Source of the DNA: Octopus vulgaris
Lineage: Eukaryota
Length of the DNA: 64,000 bases
Reading direction: 5' to 3'
NCBI GenBank assembly: GCA_951406725.2
Contig: OX597821.1
Coordinates: 20,026,001-20,090,000, forward strand
Positions 41,123 to 54,297 of this stretch are shown one piece after another (the first letter of the stretch is position 1; each line of letters begins with the position of its first letter). The position numbers and the translations under genes are program-made. The notes under the pieces are model-generated. The model saw only the letters and a list, made by a program, of their open reading frames with translations. It ran no database searches and was not told the DNA's origin.

Positions 41123-41780
41123 TCATTTTGGTAGTTGGTTTCTGACCTGTTTCGCGTTTATGTGACAGGGTCTTTGATGTGCAAAACGGCAGTCTGCACC
41201 TTCCTCTCCATGCCAGCAGACACCTTTCATGTAGAATTTACATATTCGTGTGCGCTGTCTGTTTCTATCCTTTTTGGTACATGGATAGTCAGGTTTGCTT
41301 CTATCCTTGGCTGTTTCATCTTTTGCTTTTGTTTGGGTATTAGTTTTTCTTTCTTTGGCTGTTTCATATTTTGTTCTTCTTTTAGTTTTTCCTCCTTTTA
41401 TTTCTTTTTTGGCTCTTTCATCTCCATGGCTTTTGGTGCTGGTAGGAGCACTTGCACTTGGGTTTACTTCCCGGGCAGGTTTCTCACTTGAATCCTCTTC
41501 ATGTGTGTCTACTAAGTGGGGGGTGACATCTTTCATCAGCACCCGCGCCTTCATCCTTGCCATCTTTACTTTGTTCGTTGTCAAAGATGGCATTAAGCGT
41601 GCCAATGTAAGATCTTATGAATGCATAGGAGCGTATAAACTCCTGCTTTTTTCGCTCTATCTGCGGTATCGTTCTTTTATATACGCTGCTCTTCAGCGCA
41701 GCTGTAATTATGTTGTTCGGATTATCTCCGTCGGCGCATCGCCAGGCTCTCAGGACGAACGCCAATTCGTTACTTTTCAA
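41123..41780 (-). pseudogene. LINE ORF1 remnant with CCCH zinc finger
   Basis: CKFYMKGVCWHGEEGADCRFAH (C-x7-C-x8-C-x3-H) after a basic/charged linker; split by frameshift. Confidence 0.7.
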
Positions 41781-42029
41781 GGTTCTGGAAATTTTGATAT
41801 TTTATTTATATATCAATCTAATTATATTAATTTATATTAATTTAATAGTGCGATAGAGGGTAGAGAAGAAATAGAGAAAGAAAGTGTCTATGTATTTAAA
41901 GAGAGATTGAGAGCTGAGAGAGAGAGAAATGAAAGAGAGGAGGTTATGGAAAAGATTGAGCGGCTGGGAGAAGATAAGAAGAGATTGAGAGAGAGTCTAT
42001 ATATTTAGGAAGATTGAGAGAAAGAAAAG

Positions 42030-42090
42030 AAAGAGAGAAGGTTACGAAGCTGAAGTAGAAAATGAGAGATTATATATATATATATAAGAT

Positions 42091-42180
<90 letters not shown>

Positions 42181-42695
42181 AACAAAGTAACAAATAAATA
42201 TATGCCTATGTAAAATCTAAAATTGAATAATTTTAGAGAAATGTAACGGGGCTGAGACACAAACCGAAAGATTATTAAAGAATTATTAAATAGAGGAAGT
42301 TACGATGCTTAAATAGAAGATGAAAGATTATTAACAGGATGTAAATTATATATTTACATACATACACACATATGTATATAAACAAAGTAACAGATAAATA
42401 TATGCCTATTTCAAATTGAGTAATTTTAGAGAGATGCAGCGGGGCTGAAACAGAAACCGAAAAGATATTAAAGAATTATTAAAGAGAGGAGGTTACGAAG
42501 CTGAAATAGAAGATGAATATATATCTGTCCGTAGCTACAGACAATTTCTTCTAAACTAAACTAATTGCGACTATACTTCTCATGTATATATGTATATACA
42601 CATATATAAACAAAGTAACAAATAAATATATAAATAAATAGATATAACGGAGCTAAAACAGAAACCGAAAGATTATTACAGAATGTAAACAGAGA
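42030..42695. repeat. Degenerate ~200-bp tandem repeat (about 3 copies)
   Basis: AAACAAAGTAACAAATAAATATA...AAACCGAAAGATTATTA recurs at ~42180, 42380 and 42608. Confidence 0.8.
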
Positions 42696-43355
42696 ATAGG
42701 CCCTTACATTGAATAACGGGAAAATAAATAAATGAAAAGGGGTACTTATCTTATAAGAGGTAGAAGTCCCAAAATCTTCTCCCTATACGAATAGATTTTT
42801 TTCAAAAACAAGAAAGGAAAAACGGTTCTTTTTGCTAGAAATAAATTTTAAAAGTGCTTTTTTCGACGGGGAATCTGGCGTGCGTAATTAACTTTAGTGT
42901 ATTATATTTGGCTTGTAGCGAAATATATTGCGATTTTTAACCAATGTATCCTAGTACACCGCTATGAGATAGCAAGTTCTACGTTTTTTTATGAGTTTTC
43001 GCCGATTATTTCGTCGATTTATGCAAACCGTTTTGTTTTTTTATCACAGAGCAAAGCAACACGTCTTTACTCTACGAAAACCGGAAGTATATTATAATTA
43101 TTATTATTTTTAAAATTGTTATATATATATATATATGTATATGTGTCTGCGTGTGGAGTTATGTGGTAGCGTGTACTTACGTACGTGTATTACCAGATGT
43201 ACATGAGGTCAAGTTGATAATATTTGGCTATTAAAATTAATGATACAGGATAGCCGCAGTATATTGACTGGAACAATTAAAAGATAAATATGTGTATGTA
43301 TGTGTGCATGTATATATATATTTACATATATATATATACATATATATATATATAC

Positions 43356-43465
<110 letters not shown>

Positions 43466-43850
43466 ATATATATATATATATATGTATGTAGGTATGTATG
43501 AATGTGTATATGTATAAACGCACACACGCACAGTGGCCACCATTGTCATCAGTATTCTGACAGCTACATACGTATGAACTGTGATATCTGTAGAGGCAAA
43601 GGAGGCATACATCTTTGTGATGTGTGCCACTAGCTGTCGGATAATAGCATTATATATCTATGTGCATCGGTATAAATCGCCAGAAACATCTAAATATGTA
43701 TCTTTTATTATAATACTAAAGAATATTTTATTGTTTCATCAATATATTCTATTAATAACTAATTTATAGCAATTCGTTTCTCTTGTAGTACATAACATTA
43801 TATACTTTTCTTGGAAATTCAAACTTCCTCTCTTTTATTCTTTCTGTCTT

Positions 43851-43881
<31 letters not shown>

Positions 43882-44304
43882 TTCTCTTTCTTCTCGAGCT
43901 AAAATACATAATTTGTTGTTATGTTAAACTGTCATATGTCTAAATTTGGCCAAATGCGTTTTTTTTTCAAAATTTAATTTTGCTTTGCAATAGCCAGTAC
44001 TTTTGGTCAAACTCTGAGTCAAGATATCTGAGCCAAGATATCAAAAATTGTCAAAGTATAGTCCAATGGTTTTGCTATTACACTATTACAATGGTGTAAC
44101 TAAATTTTTCGCTTTCTGAAAAAGCAACGTTTGAATTTACGGCACTTTTGTATGATAGCAAGTATACAGACTTAAAAACGTAGTTGTGAAGACCCAGATG
44201 TACTCTCAGATAAACACATGTATACATTTACATACGTAAAAAGGTAATATCAGAACTCATACACACTCAAATATATATATATATATATCTATATAATATA
44301 AATA

Positions 44305-44367
<63 letters not shown>

Positions 44368-44409
44368 GTATATGTACATACTTACATGTATACATATATA
44401 CTTATGTAT

Positions 44410-45100
44410 ATGTGGGCACAGGATGTCACGAAACGTAAACAACAAAAAATACGAAGTACGAGGACATGGAATAATAACTGTTTTTGCAAACAAATAAATA
44501 AATAAATGGAAAACAAGACACAAAACACAAAGAACGATCCTTCATCAATTGTCAGCTGTTTTTCTAATCCATATTTTGATCAATTCACGACAAGATACGC
44601 CTTAGATAAAACAGTTGCTCCCGCAAAGCGAATTAAATAAAATTGGGGATTTTGCGGAGGGGCAAAATCGGTGATAACAACAGGACAGTGAAAACAAATA
44701 GGAAGGGCTTCTAAGCTTAAACGAGGTTGTGGTGGCGAACGCGAAGAAACATCCTTGGACTGGAGACAGACAAGAATACGTCTTCCTTGTCCAGCTGCAA
44801 CAGGAAGAAAGAATGAAACACAAGTTTAGTAAAATGAATAATAACAGCCATAATACAGGTGGCCAAACAAGCAAAAGCTGATAAATGGCAAATACAAAAT
44901 TCAATAATTTATTTATAACTATAATATGTCACACACGGTGTTAGGATTGTTGTGAAAATCAGAGTCGAAAAATCCTCTAAGAAAACTACCAAACACTGGA
45001 ATCATAGTAGGTGCAACAGAAATCGGGCTACGAGCGAAGAAATTAACTTACCATCTCGACAGAAAGCCGTAGAATGAGGAAGTAGATAACCCTGGATATA
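44410..45100 (-). mobile_element. Diverged pLTR-like sequence related to the PLE terminal repeat at 61875-62840
   Basis: Colinear motifs on minus: GTAAGT, CCTGTTG..., AAGCCCTT..TTGTTT..CTGTCC, TGATGAAGG followed by TG-rich tail, ending at (TA)n. Confidence 0.5.
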
Positions 45101-45410
45101 TTGATATTAAATTTTGAGATTTTACCTCATCAACAGGTCTCACTATTTGCCTAGGGTTAAAAACTTTGCTCGATTCATTGTGTTTGGAAAACGTTGAAAA
45201 GCTAGCGCCAAGATCATAAACGATGTCACTGTATATAATTATTAAATGAATAAATACTCGAAAATATATAGATATTATTGTTAATTTGATATTCTTTTAA
45301 TCTTATATTTATTTTAGTCATTTGATAGCGACGAACGGGAACGTGAAACTCCGAGCAACAGCTTTTGTTATATTTCTGCTGCTTTAAAGAAAGTATATAT
45401 ATACATATAT

Positions 45411-45575
45411 ACGTCGTGCTTCTTTCATTCCCGTCTACCAAATCCACTCACAAGGCTTTGGTCGGCCCAAGTCTACATTAGAAGAAACTTTCCCAAGGTG
45501 CCACCTCAAACCCCTCACACCTCAACCATGTGATTGGGAAGCAAGCTTCGTACCACATAGCTGCGCCTGCGCCTA
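45411..45575 (-). mobile_element. 5' portion of SINE family A
   Basis: Matches head region of 26715-26878. Confidence 0.75.
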
Positions 45576-45601
45576 TGTGAATATGTATATATATATTTAG
45601 T

Positions 45602-45775
45602 TGAAATGTATAGACAAACAAAAGACGAAGACAGGTGTATGAACAAACAAACAGGTGTAATATTTTGACGCTCGGGAAAGTGAGAAAGTCTTTTCATGTT
45701 TCAACACCGATACATAAGAGAAAATAAACAGAGAGAGACTAAATAAACACTTGTGGATTTAGCGATCAAGCGTTA
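45602..45775 (-). mobile_element. Family H3 element with ribozyme core deleted
   Basis: Matches 35815-35995 on minus strand but lacks CTGNNGAAGAGCGTAGG; short TA runs flank. Confidence 0.6.
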
Positions 45776-46869
45776 TATATGTATATACAGTGTGTAAGTG
45801 AGTGTAGAGTTTCACTCTTATCAGAGAAGACGTGCATGTTGGGTCATCTCCCGATAACTCGTACTATTTTTCAAAGTTGTCTTTGATAGGCAGATATAAA
45901 ATTAGTCAATTTTACGTTCTTTATCATATTTAGAATGTCCGATTGAAATTTATCAAGCAGAGGGTTATGAGGAGGGTTTTTATAGTATGTGAGATTGTAG
46001 TGGCATTTTACGGTGGCTTTGCGTTTATTAACATAGAAGACGGTATGTCCTTCACCTTCTTTAACTCAAATAATTAGTTTCGTGTAGATGTAATGATAGA
46101 TGCGTTTCTCGAAATCCAATGCGCATATACTTCAGTGAGATGCCAACGATAGGCTTCGGTGAGATGCCAATGATAGGCAAGGAAAGATTATAAAAAGGCA
46201 GAATTCTAAATTGAAGGTAAATTTTAATGAAAATGGGTGAACGGAAAATTAAAAAAAAAATTTTTATATTAAAAAAATTTTTTTTTATATTTACAAAAAA
46301 AACAAATTTCTTTTCCATACACCCATTTTCATTAAAATTTACATTCAATTTAGCATTCTGCCTTTTTATAATTTTTCCTTGCCTATATATATATATATAA
46401 TATTAGGGTAATAAGAATTATAGAAATATTTATTACCCAGCACAAAATAAATTTAGTCAATAGGCTATATATTATTCATATAAAATATCATGCACATTAA
46501 GACATATTAAAAGGCTTCCATAATAGGAAAGCCTTGCGCTAGAAAGAGAAGTAAACATCTCAAACCACTATTTAGGGATAATATCTGGAAGGGAATGAAA
46601 ATTAAAAACATTTACTATCTAATTTAGTTCCTAGATCATGGTTCCTGACTTATTTCAGTAAAAAAAAAGATTTACTGAGGCCAGTCTTCAGCAGTAGGTA
46701 GCCTTCAGATTTTAAATATACACACAACGAGATCGATTCCACATGTAAACTCATTATTTGTATATATATTCTAAAGGCTACCTGCTGATGAAGACCGGCC
46801 TCAGTAAATCTCTTTTTACTGAAATAAGTCACTCTTATGGAAGCCTCTTAATATGTTTTAATGTACACG

Positions 46870-46960
<91 letters not shown>

Positions 46961-46985
46961 CATACATACACACACATATATACAC

Positions 46986-47379
46986 TTCTACTCTTTTACT
47001 TGTTTCAGTAATTTGACTGCAGCCCTGCTGGAACACCACCTTTAATCGAGCAACTCGAACCCGAGACTTATTCTTTTGTAAGCCCAGTACTTATTATATC
47101 GGTCTCTTTTGCCGAACCGCTAAGTAACGGGGACATAAACACACCAGCATCGGTTGTCAAGCAATGCTTGGGGGACAAACACAGACACACAAACACACAC
47201 ACGCACACATATATATATATATATATATGCATATATACGACGGGCTTCTTTCAGTTTCCGTCTACCAATTCCACTCATAAGGCTTTGGTCGGCCCGAAGC
47301 TATAGTAGAAGACACTTGCCCAAGGTGCCACGCAGTTGGACTGAACCCGGAACCAAGTGGTTGGTAAACAAGCTACTTA

Positions 47380-47381
<2 letters not shown>
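46986..47381 (-). mobile_element. SINE family A copy, 5'-clipped at a (TA)n array
   Basis: Colinear with 7539-7952, ends at CTACTTACCA. Confidence 0.85.
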
Positions 47382-47421
<40 letters not shown>

Positions 47422-47596
47422 GTTTAAATATTTGTTGTGCAAGATTTTTTATGTGAAGTCGTGTGTTGAAACAGATATTGTTATATTTCGGAATGGTCAT
47501 ATTGCCAGTTTAGCCAATAAAAACACACGCACTATATATTTGGTGTTATTTTGCTTCAGTGATATTTATTTTTTACATTAATCTTAATCTTATTTC

Positions 47597-47641
47597 GGCC
47601 AAAGTTCTTTCGTCACACTCCTGTGACCGCATCAGTGGTCC
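47597..47641 (-). ncRNA. Minimal hammerhead-like motif in PLE pLTR (left arm)
   Basis: Reverse complement of 50482-50526. Confidence 0.65.
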
Positions 47642-48163
47642 TTTGTTTTCTTCTCACTTACTTGTGTCTCTCCTTACTAACCGTCAGCCATTTTGTATTT
47701 CTATTGTATGTCTTCATTTGCGCATGCTTATATCTCTATGTGCGTCTATGTTTATTTAGTGTGTGTGGGGGGGGATGTCTGTAATATTTGTATCTTCTGG
47801 TTATATACATTCTTGTAATTTGTATTTTGTTTTTGTTGTTGTTGCTTTTGTTCTAATTTTGTTCATGTGTTTACATCCACCCATTATTATCATTACATAT
47901 GCTTGTATGTATGTATAACAACAATATTAGTAATAATAATAATAAATCTAATCGAGAAAAAAAAAAAAAAGAAAAAAAAAGAATATACATATACATATAT
48001 ATATATATACATACATATACATATACATATATATATATACATATATACACACACATATACACATATACATATACACATATATACACATATACATACACAT
48101 AGATATTCATTTCTATTTCTTTAATTACCTGTGTATTTATTATGTTTGCAGGATCCACTATTG

Positions 48164-48990
48164 TCATATGTTGTGGTGTGCGCTATTGCTCCATTCTAGT
48201 TTTCTATTCAGGCTAGGTTTATTTTCTATTATATGTGTAGCTTCTGTAATTTGTCTAATTGTTGCATCTGTTCTATGTGTGGACAATATCTTAATCTCTA
48301 TGTTATTGATTGATCCCCCGTGTTCTTGTTCGGCGTGTTGGTACAGAATCGATGAGCTTTTACCTTCCTTGAGTTGTCTCCAATGTTCATTCACCCGCTC
48401 ACCAATGCTTCTTGCAGTTTCCCCTACGTATGTTACTGTCTTGTTACTGCATCTTCCCTCTATACATCTTATACTATAGACCACATTTCTGGCTTTACAG
48501 TTCGTTTGTGGGCTAAATCTACATACAGTGCAATAGTTATCCGTACAGAGAGTTCTACTAAAAGGATAGGTTCTACCAATTATAGATCTGATAGGGTTGC
48601 CTGGCTTTTCAACAACCTTAATTCTTAGTTTAAGTTTATCTAGGGTCCTTCTAAAGCGGTACGCTAGTTCACCTCCAGGGGTGGTGTCAACGAACATGAC
48701 ACTCTGGTATTTATGGCTATCATACCAAGAGTTGGCCTTCCTTATTTTCTTTTTGTCCTTTCTATAGTGTTCCATGACTTGTTCCTATAGAGTGGGCAAA
48801 TCCCATTCCTATCATTACATAATATATTATCAAATTTCTTCATGGCTCCTTTGTATACTCTGATCCTTTCTTTATGGCTGTAACCTGAGAACTGCATGCG
48901 GTGAATGAAATACTGTATGTGTCTCTTTAATTCTGTAGGCTCGCACATGCGTGACACATTTCTCATTATTCTGACGAGGTCTGCCATCAA
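48164..48990 (-). pseudogene. PLE ORF C-terminus (GIY-YIG endonuclease), 5'-truncated, one frameshift
   Basis: ORFs 48742-48990 and 48164-48775; Cys-rich linker then VVY...YVG, R, H, E, N motifs. Confidence 0.9.
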
Positions 48991-49253
48991 AATATAAAGA
49001 AAGGATCAGAGTATACAAAGGAGCCATGAAGAAATTTGATAATATATTATGTAATGATAGGAAATCCCATTCCTATCATTACATAATATATTATCAAATT
49101 TCTTCATGGCTCCTTTGTATACTCTGATCCTTTCTTTATGGCTGTAACCTGAGAACTGCATGCGGTGAATGAAATACTGTATGTGTCTCTTTAATTCTGT
49201 AGGCTCGCACATGCGTGACACATTTCTCATTATTCTGACGAGGTCTGCCATCA

Positions 49254-49963
49254 AGAAAGGATCAGAGTATACAAAGGAGCCATGAAGAAATTTGATAATA
49301 TATTATGTAATGATAGGAATGGGATTTGCCCACTCTATAGGAACAAGTCATGGAACACTATAGAAAGGACAAAAAAGAAAATAAGGAAGGCCAACTCTTG
49401 GTATGATAGCCATAAATACCAGAGTGTCATGTTCGTTGACACCACCCCTGGAGGTGAACTAGCGTACCGCTTTAGAAGGACCCTAGATAAACTTAAACTA
49501 AGAATTAAGGTTGTTGAAAAGCCAGGCAACCCTATCAGATCTATAATTGGTAGAACCTATCCTTTTAGTAGAACTCTCTGTACGGATAACTATTGCACTG
49601 TATGTAGATTTAGGCCCACAAACGAACTGTAAAGCCAGAAATGTGGTCTATAGTATAAGATGTATAGAGGGAAGATGCAGTAACAAGACAGTAACATACG
49701 TAGGGGAAACTGCAAGAAGCATTGGTGAGCGGGTGAATGAACATTGGAGACAACTCAAGGAAGGTAAAAGCTCATCGATTCTGTACCAACACGCCGAACA
49801 AGAACACGGGGGATCAATCAATAACATAGAGATTAAGATATTGTCCACACATAGAACAGATGCAACAATTAGACAAATTACAGAAGCTACACATATAATA
49901 GAAAATAAACCTAGCCTGAATAGAAAACTAGAATGGAGCAATAGCGCACACCACAACATATGA
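49254..49963 (+). pseudogene. Inverted copy of PLE GIY-YIG C-terminus, one frameshift
   Basis: ORFs 49282-49632 and 49547-49963. Confidence 0.9.
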
Positions 49964-50481
49964 CAATAGTGGATCCTGCAAACATAATAAATACACAGGT
50001 AATTAAAGAAATAGAAATGAATATCTATGTGTATGTATATGTGTATATATGTGTATATGTATATGTGTATATGTGTGTGTATATATGTATATATATATAT
50101 ATGTATATGTATATGTATGTATATATATATATGTATATGTATATTCTTTTTTTTTTTTTTTTTTTTTCTCGATTAGATTTATTATTATTATTACTAATAT
50201 TGTTGTTATACATACATACAAGCATATGTAATGATAATAATGGGTGGATGTAAACACATGAACAAAATTAGAACAAAAGCAACAACAACAAAAACAAAAT
50301 ACAAATTACAAGAATGTATATAACCAGAAGATACAAATATTACAGACATCCCCCCCACACACACTAAATAAACATAGACGCACATAGAGATATAAGCATG
50401 CGCAAATGAAGACATACAATAGAAATACAAAATGGCTGACGGTTAGTAAGGAGAGACACAAGTAAGTGAGAAGAAAACAAA

Positions 50482-50526
50482 GGACCACTGATGCGGTCAC
50501 AGGAGTGTGACGAAAGAACTTTGGCC
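50482..50526 (+). ncRNA. Minimal hammerhead-like motif in PLE pLTR (right arm)
   Basis: GGACCA-CTGATGCG-GTCACA(GGAG)TGTGAC-GAAA-GAAC-TT-TGGCC; same sense as the PLE ORF and downstream of it. Confidence 0.65.
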
Positions 50527-50640
50527 GAAATAAGATTAAGATTAATGTAAAAAATAAATATCACTGAAGCAAAATAACACCAAATATATAGTGCGTGTGT
50601 TTTTATTGGCTAAACTGGCAATATGACCATTCCGAAATAT

Positions 50641-50694
<54 letters not shown>

Positions 50695-50743
50695 TTATAT
50701 ATATATATATATTTATATATATTCGCATATATACATATATATA

Positions 50744-50774
<31 letters not shown>

Positions 50775-50980
50775 TAAAAAAATTTAAAATTTTATTCTAT
50801 ATATATATATTATATATTATATTAATTGTATTTATTGTTTTTTTTTATGTTTGGCTTATGTCTATCACTGTTTGAGTTATCTAATAGTGGTTTTATCTCT
50901 AATTTAATTTATATTTATACTGTGAAATTTGATTTAATCCTCATACTAATATTTCCCTGTAAGTTTGGATATACTCCCTA

Positions 50981-51061
<81 letters not shown>

Positions 51062-51545
51062 ATACATGCCTGTTGGAACCTAATTACTTTCCTAATGATT
51101 AACGATTTATCTAAAAGTAAAAACCACAAAACACCAGTATAAATTTCCCTTACCTTATCATTAAAATATTTTGTCCATCTGGCTTCACTTAATGAATGTT
51201 GTTCTTGTACAACTTGTGCTATATTGTTTAGAGCAATGATTCATTTTACTGGATAAAAAACGGGTTATAGCCATCTCCAGTGTCGACGCTGCCATCAAGC
51301 GAGACACAAGCCTTCCAACCAACAACAACACTATCGTGACATATATAAAACAATCGTAAACTTCAACGCCAACAGTAATATCAGCACATAGGGAAAACAA
51401 ATTCAACAGAAACTTAAGTAAAAGACACCAACACCAAACAATCACCACAACCACCAACGACATCACCACAATCACCAGCTCACTACTGACAATACAGCCA
51501 TATTCAACAATACCAGTATCACCACTATGGAAAACAGCAGCAACG

Positions 51546-51884
51546 GTGGAGGCGCAATGGCCCAGTGATTAGGGCAGCGAACTCACGGTCGGAGGTTGCG
51601 ATTCCCAGACCGGGCGTTGTGTGTGTTTATTGAGCGAAAACACCTAAAGCTCCACGGCGCTCCGTTTTGTACTCTTTCGCTCCAACATTCTCTCAGTCTT
51701 TCTTCCTGTTTCTTGTCTCCGACTTTCTACGCAGCCGCTGAGCCTGGATGCCCATTCATCCATCCGTCGATGCTCTCGGTGCCGGGGGTTGACCTGCTTT
51801 CTCTTCTGCAGGTCTTACGAATAGCAAAGGACCACGTTTCGGAGTTCTACCATCTTGCGAGCTCTGGGACGAAGACCGTTCTCT

Positions 51885-51885
<1 letters not shown>
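51546..51885 (+). mobile_element. tRNA-derived SINE family B head, tail type 2
   Basis: GTGGAGGCGCAATGGCCCAGTGATTAGGGCAGCG head shared with 56125; sits in a CAA/CAG tract. Confidence 0.8.
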
Positions 51886-51922
<37 letters not shown>

Positions 51923-52109
51923 ACAATATGGACTTCACCACAATAACAAGAGTAATAAAAACAACTACAAAAGGATCAGCCGGAACAACAAAATAACTTT
52001 ATATATATATATATAGATATATAGGAGAGAGAGATAGCGAAAGCAATATATATTTAAGAAACAAATCTGTAATTACAATTGATTTATGATTATTTTTGAT
52101 ACTACTACA

Positions 52110-52163
<54 letters not shown>

Positions 52164-53091
52164 GCTACTACTGCTACTACTACTACTGCTACTACTACTA
52201 CCTACCTACCTACCTACCTATCTATTTATGTATTGTCTGCGAATGGAATAAGCTATAACTACTAAGAAACCACATGAAAGAAAAATTACAATCGAGAGAG
52301 AAAGAGGAGGAAAGAGGAGTAATAAGTGGATGTAATGAGACGAGGAGAGTGAAAGAGAGAAAGACACAATGAAAGAGGAGTAATGAATGGAGGTAGTGGG
52401 AGAGGGTGAGGGGAGAATTGGAGGGCGGGAGAGTTAAAGAGGAATGAAATATAAATATCATAAGGACTGAACTGAGATATGAGAGAAGAAAAAAGAGAAG
52501 GTATAAAGAAAGAAATCAATGAAGAAATAAAGCAAGAAGAAAACGATTTAAGAATAAATCAAGTAGATCTTCTTTGAATGTGTAGTTCTGTGAAATTGTG
52601 CTCAATTAGTGTTTAATGAGGCAAAACCATTAAGTTTGGTCGTATATCACATAGAAAGACTACTAGAAAAAACTAGTGAGGCGATATCAAAAATATCTCG
52701 CTGCTTCATTGCAGCTATATCATCAATCACTAAGAGCGTTATCTCTATGGGGGAAGGAGGATTGGGGTTATCTACTTAGTGGTGTTGCTGGTTTTAGGGC
52801 TAGATTATTAGAGTTGTTGTGGTTCTTCTTGTTTTTGATGTTGTTGTTGCTATCGTTGTTAGTGAGGGCATTTGGGTATTTGGACCAGAGCAATGAAGAT
52901 GATCAAATTGTTATTTTCATGGTGACAGTGAGGATACTAGGTGTATTTTGGATATGAATGCGATAGTGTTGATAGTTTGGTGGAGGTGCTGCTGCTACTG
53001 TACATTTGGGATATATATATGTATACATATATATGTATGTTATGATGTTATGTATGTATGTGTATATATGTATATATGTATGTTATGTATG

Positions 53092-53143
<52 letters not shown>

Positions 53144-53656
53144 CTTAATATGAGAAGATGAAGTGAACAGGCTTTATTAAAATCACAACAAGAATTCCTA
53201 TATATATAAAAAAAATAGAAGCCATAACCTAGTTGGAAATAGTACAGAAAAAAGGTATAATTGTGGAAATAGGAAAGTATGTTGTCTGGCAGACGAGTGT
53301 TTTCGTTAGAAAAGTATTGTATACATGTTTTGTCAAAACGAGTACACATGTATATGCATATATGTAGGCACAACAAGCGACAAATTCAAGAGTCGCTGGA
53401 GAAACCATATTGCATTATTGGGAGCATCTGTAAAACACAATGTTTCATCACTCTCTGACCTGATCTGGAGCCTCAAATAGAAAAAAATCTGCAATACAGC
53501 ATGACTTCGTCAGTGATACGAAATGCATAACCGAAAAATTCATATTCCGATCATGTAATCTATACTGAAATGAGACTCTATGTACTCTGAAATATCTCAA
53601 ACAGATAACCATTGACTTAAAAGCTCGACTTTGAAATTTCGAACATATATATGTGT

Positions 53657-53708
<52 letters not shown>

Positions 53709-54056
53709 TGTGTCTGTGTGTATAGAGAGAGAAAGTAATATGGAAGTCGGAAGAATTTATTAGTACAAAATCGATTCGGTTTCATTCTGCTTTGCCTCCT
53801 CGTATGTGTAGAACGGTGTAATAGCACCAGATGCAACGCACAATGCAAAACTTCCTCATTAGTTGACATCAGATGCTTCATAAGTTCCCAGATTTACATT
53901 TCATTTTCGCTTCAAGTTATATGCAGTTCCGACACATTTGGTAAAGTGAGGACAATGTGGTCGGGAAGAAAATAAATGAGTAAAAAGACAAACCGTTTAA
54001 TATGAATATGGGTGGGGCTATTTATATTTGTGGTCAAAACCTAAACCTTAATTTAA

Positions 54057-54097
<41 letters not shown>

Positions 54098-54101
<4 letters not shown>

Positions 54102-54297
54102 AGAGTTTACGAAAAAAACATGAGACGAAGACAGGTGGTGTCCAAAACAAACATATGTATTAGTATAACCCTCGGGAATAGAAAAAGTATTTTACGTTTC
54201 GAGCCTACGCTCTTCTACGGAAAGGGACACAGAAAAAAAACAAGGAGAGAAACAAGGAAAGAAAAGAATGTGACTAGTGGATAACGATCTATCATGA
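54098..54297 (-). mobile_element. Family H3 HHR-variant element, (TA)n on both sides
   Basis: Minus TTT-CCGTAGAA-GAGC(GTAG)GCTC-GAAA-CG-TA-AAA at 54190-54223. Confidence 0.7.

Larger units (their letters stand above)
37853..41790 (-). mobile_element. Near full-length decayed CR1-group LINE (Zenon-like, clade tentative)
   Basis: ORF1 pieces 41123-41780 with CCCH finger; APE (LNIRGL, LMGDFNLP, ILDLCFTN, SNHN); RT (QHGFRPGRSC, YLDFAKAFDKV, GVPQGTVLGP, YADD); C-term LERRRER...VPDEP; (TAA)n tail 37744-37850; frameshifted. Confidence 0.92.
47421..50648. mobile_element. Penelope-like element 3' half (RT thumb + GIY-YIG + pLTR) as a head-to-head palindrome within (TA)n
   Basis: Arms ~47475-48871 (-) and ~49254-50648 (+) nearly identical; NVVYSIRC...YVGETAR...RVNEH...RQITEA...LNRKLEW GIY-YIG motifs. 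Confidence 0.92.

Noticed and set aside
53735-53980. Cys-containing open stretch with hydrophobic segment
   Set aside because: No in-frame start or splice acceptor; not recognisable.
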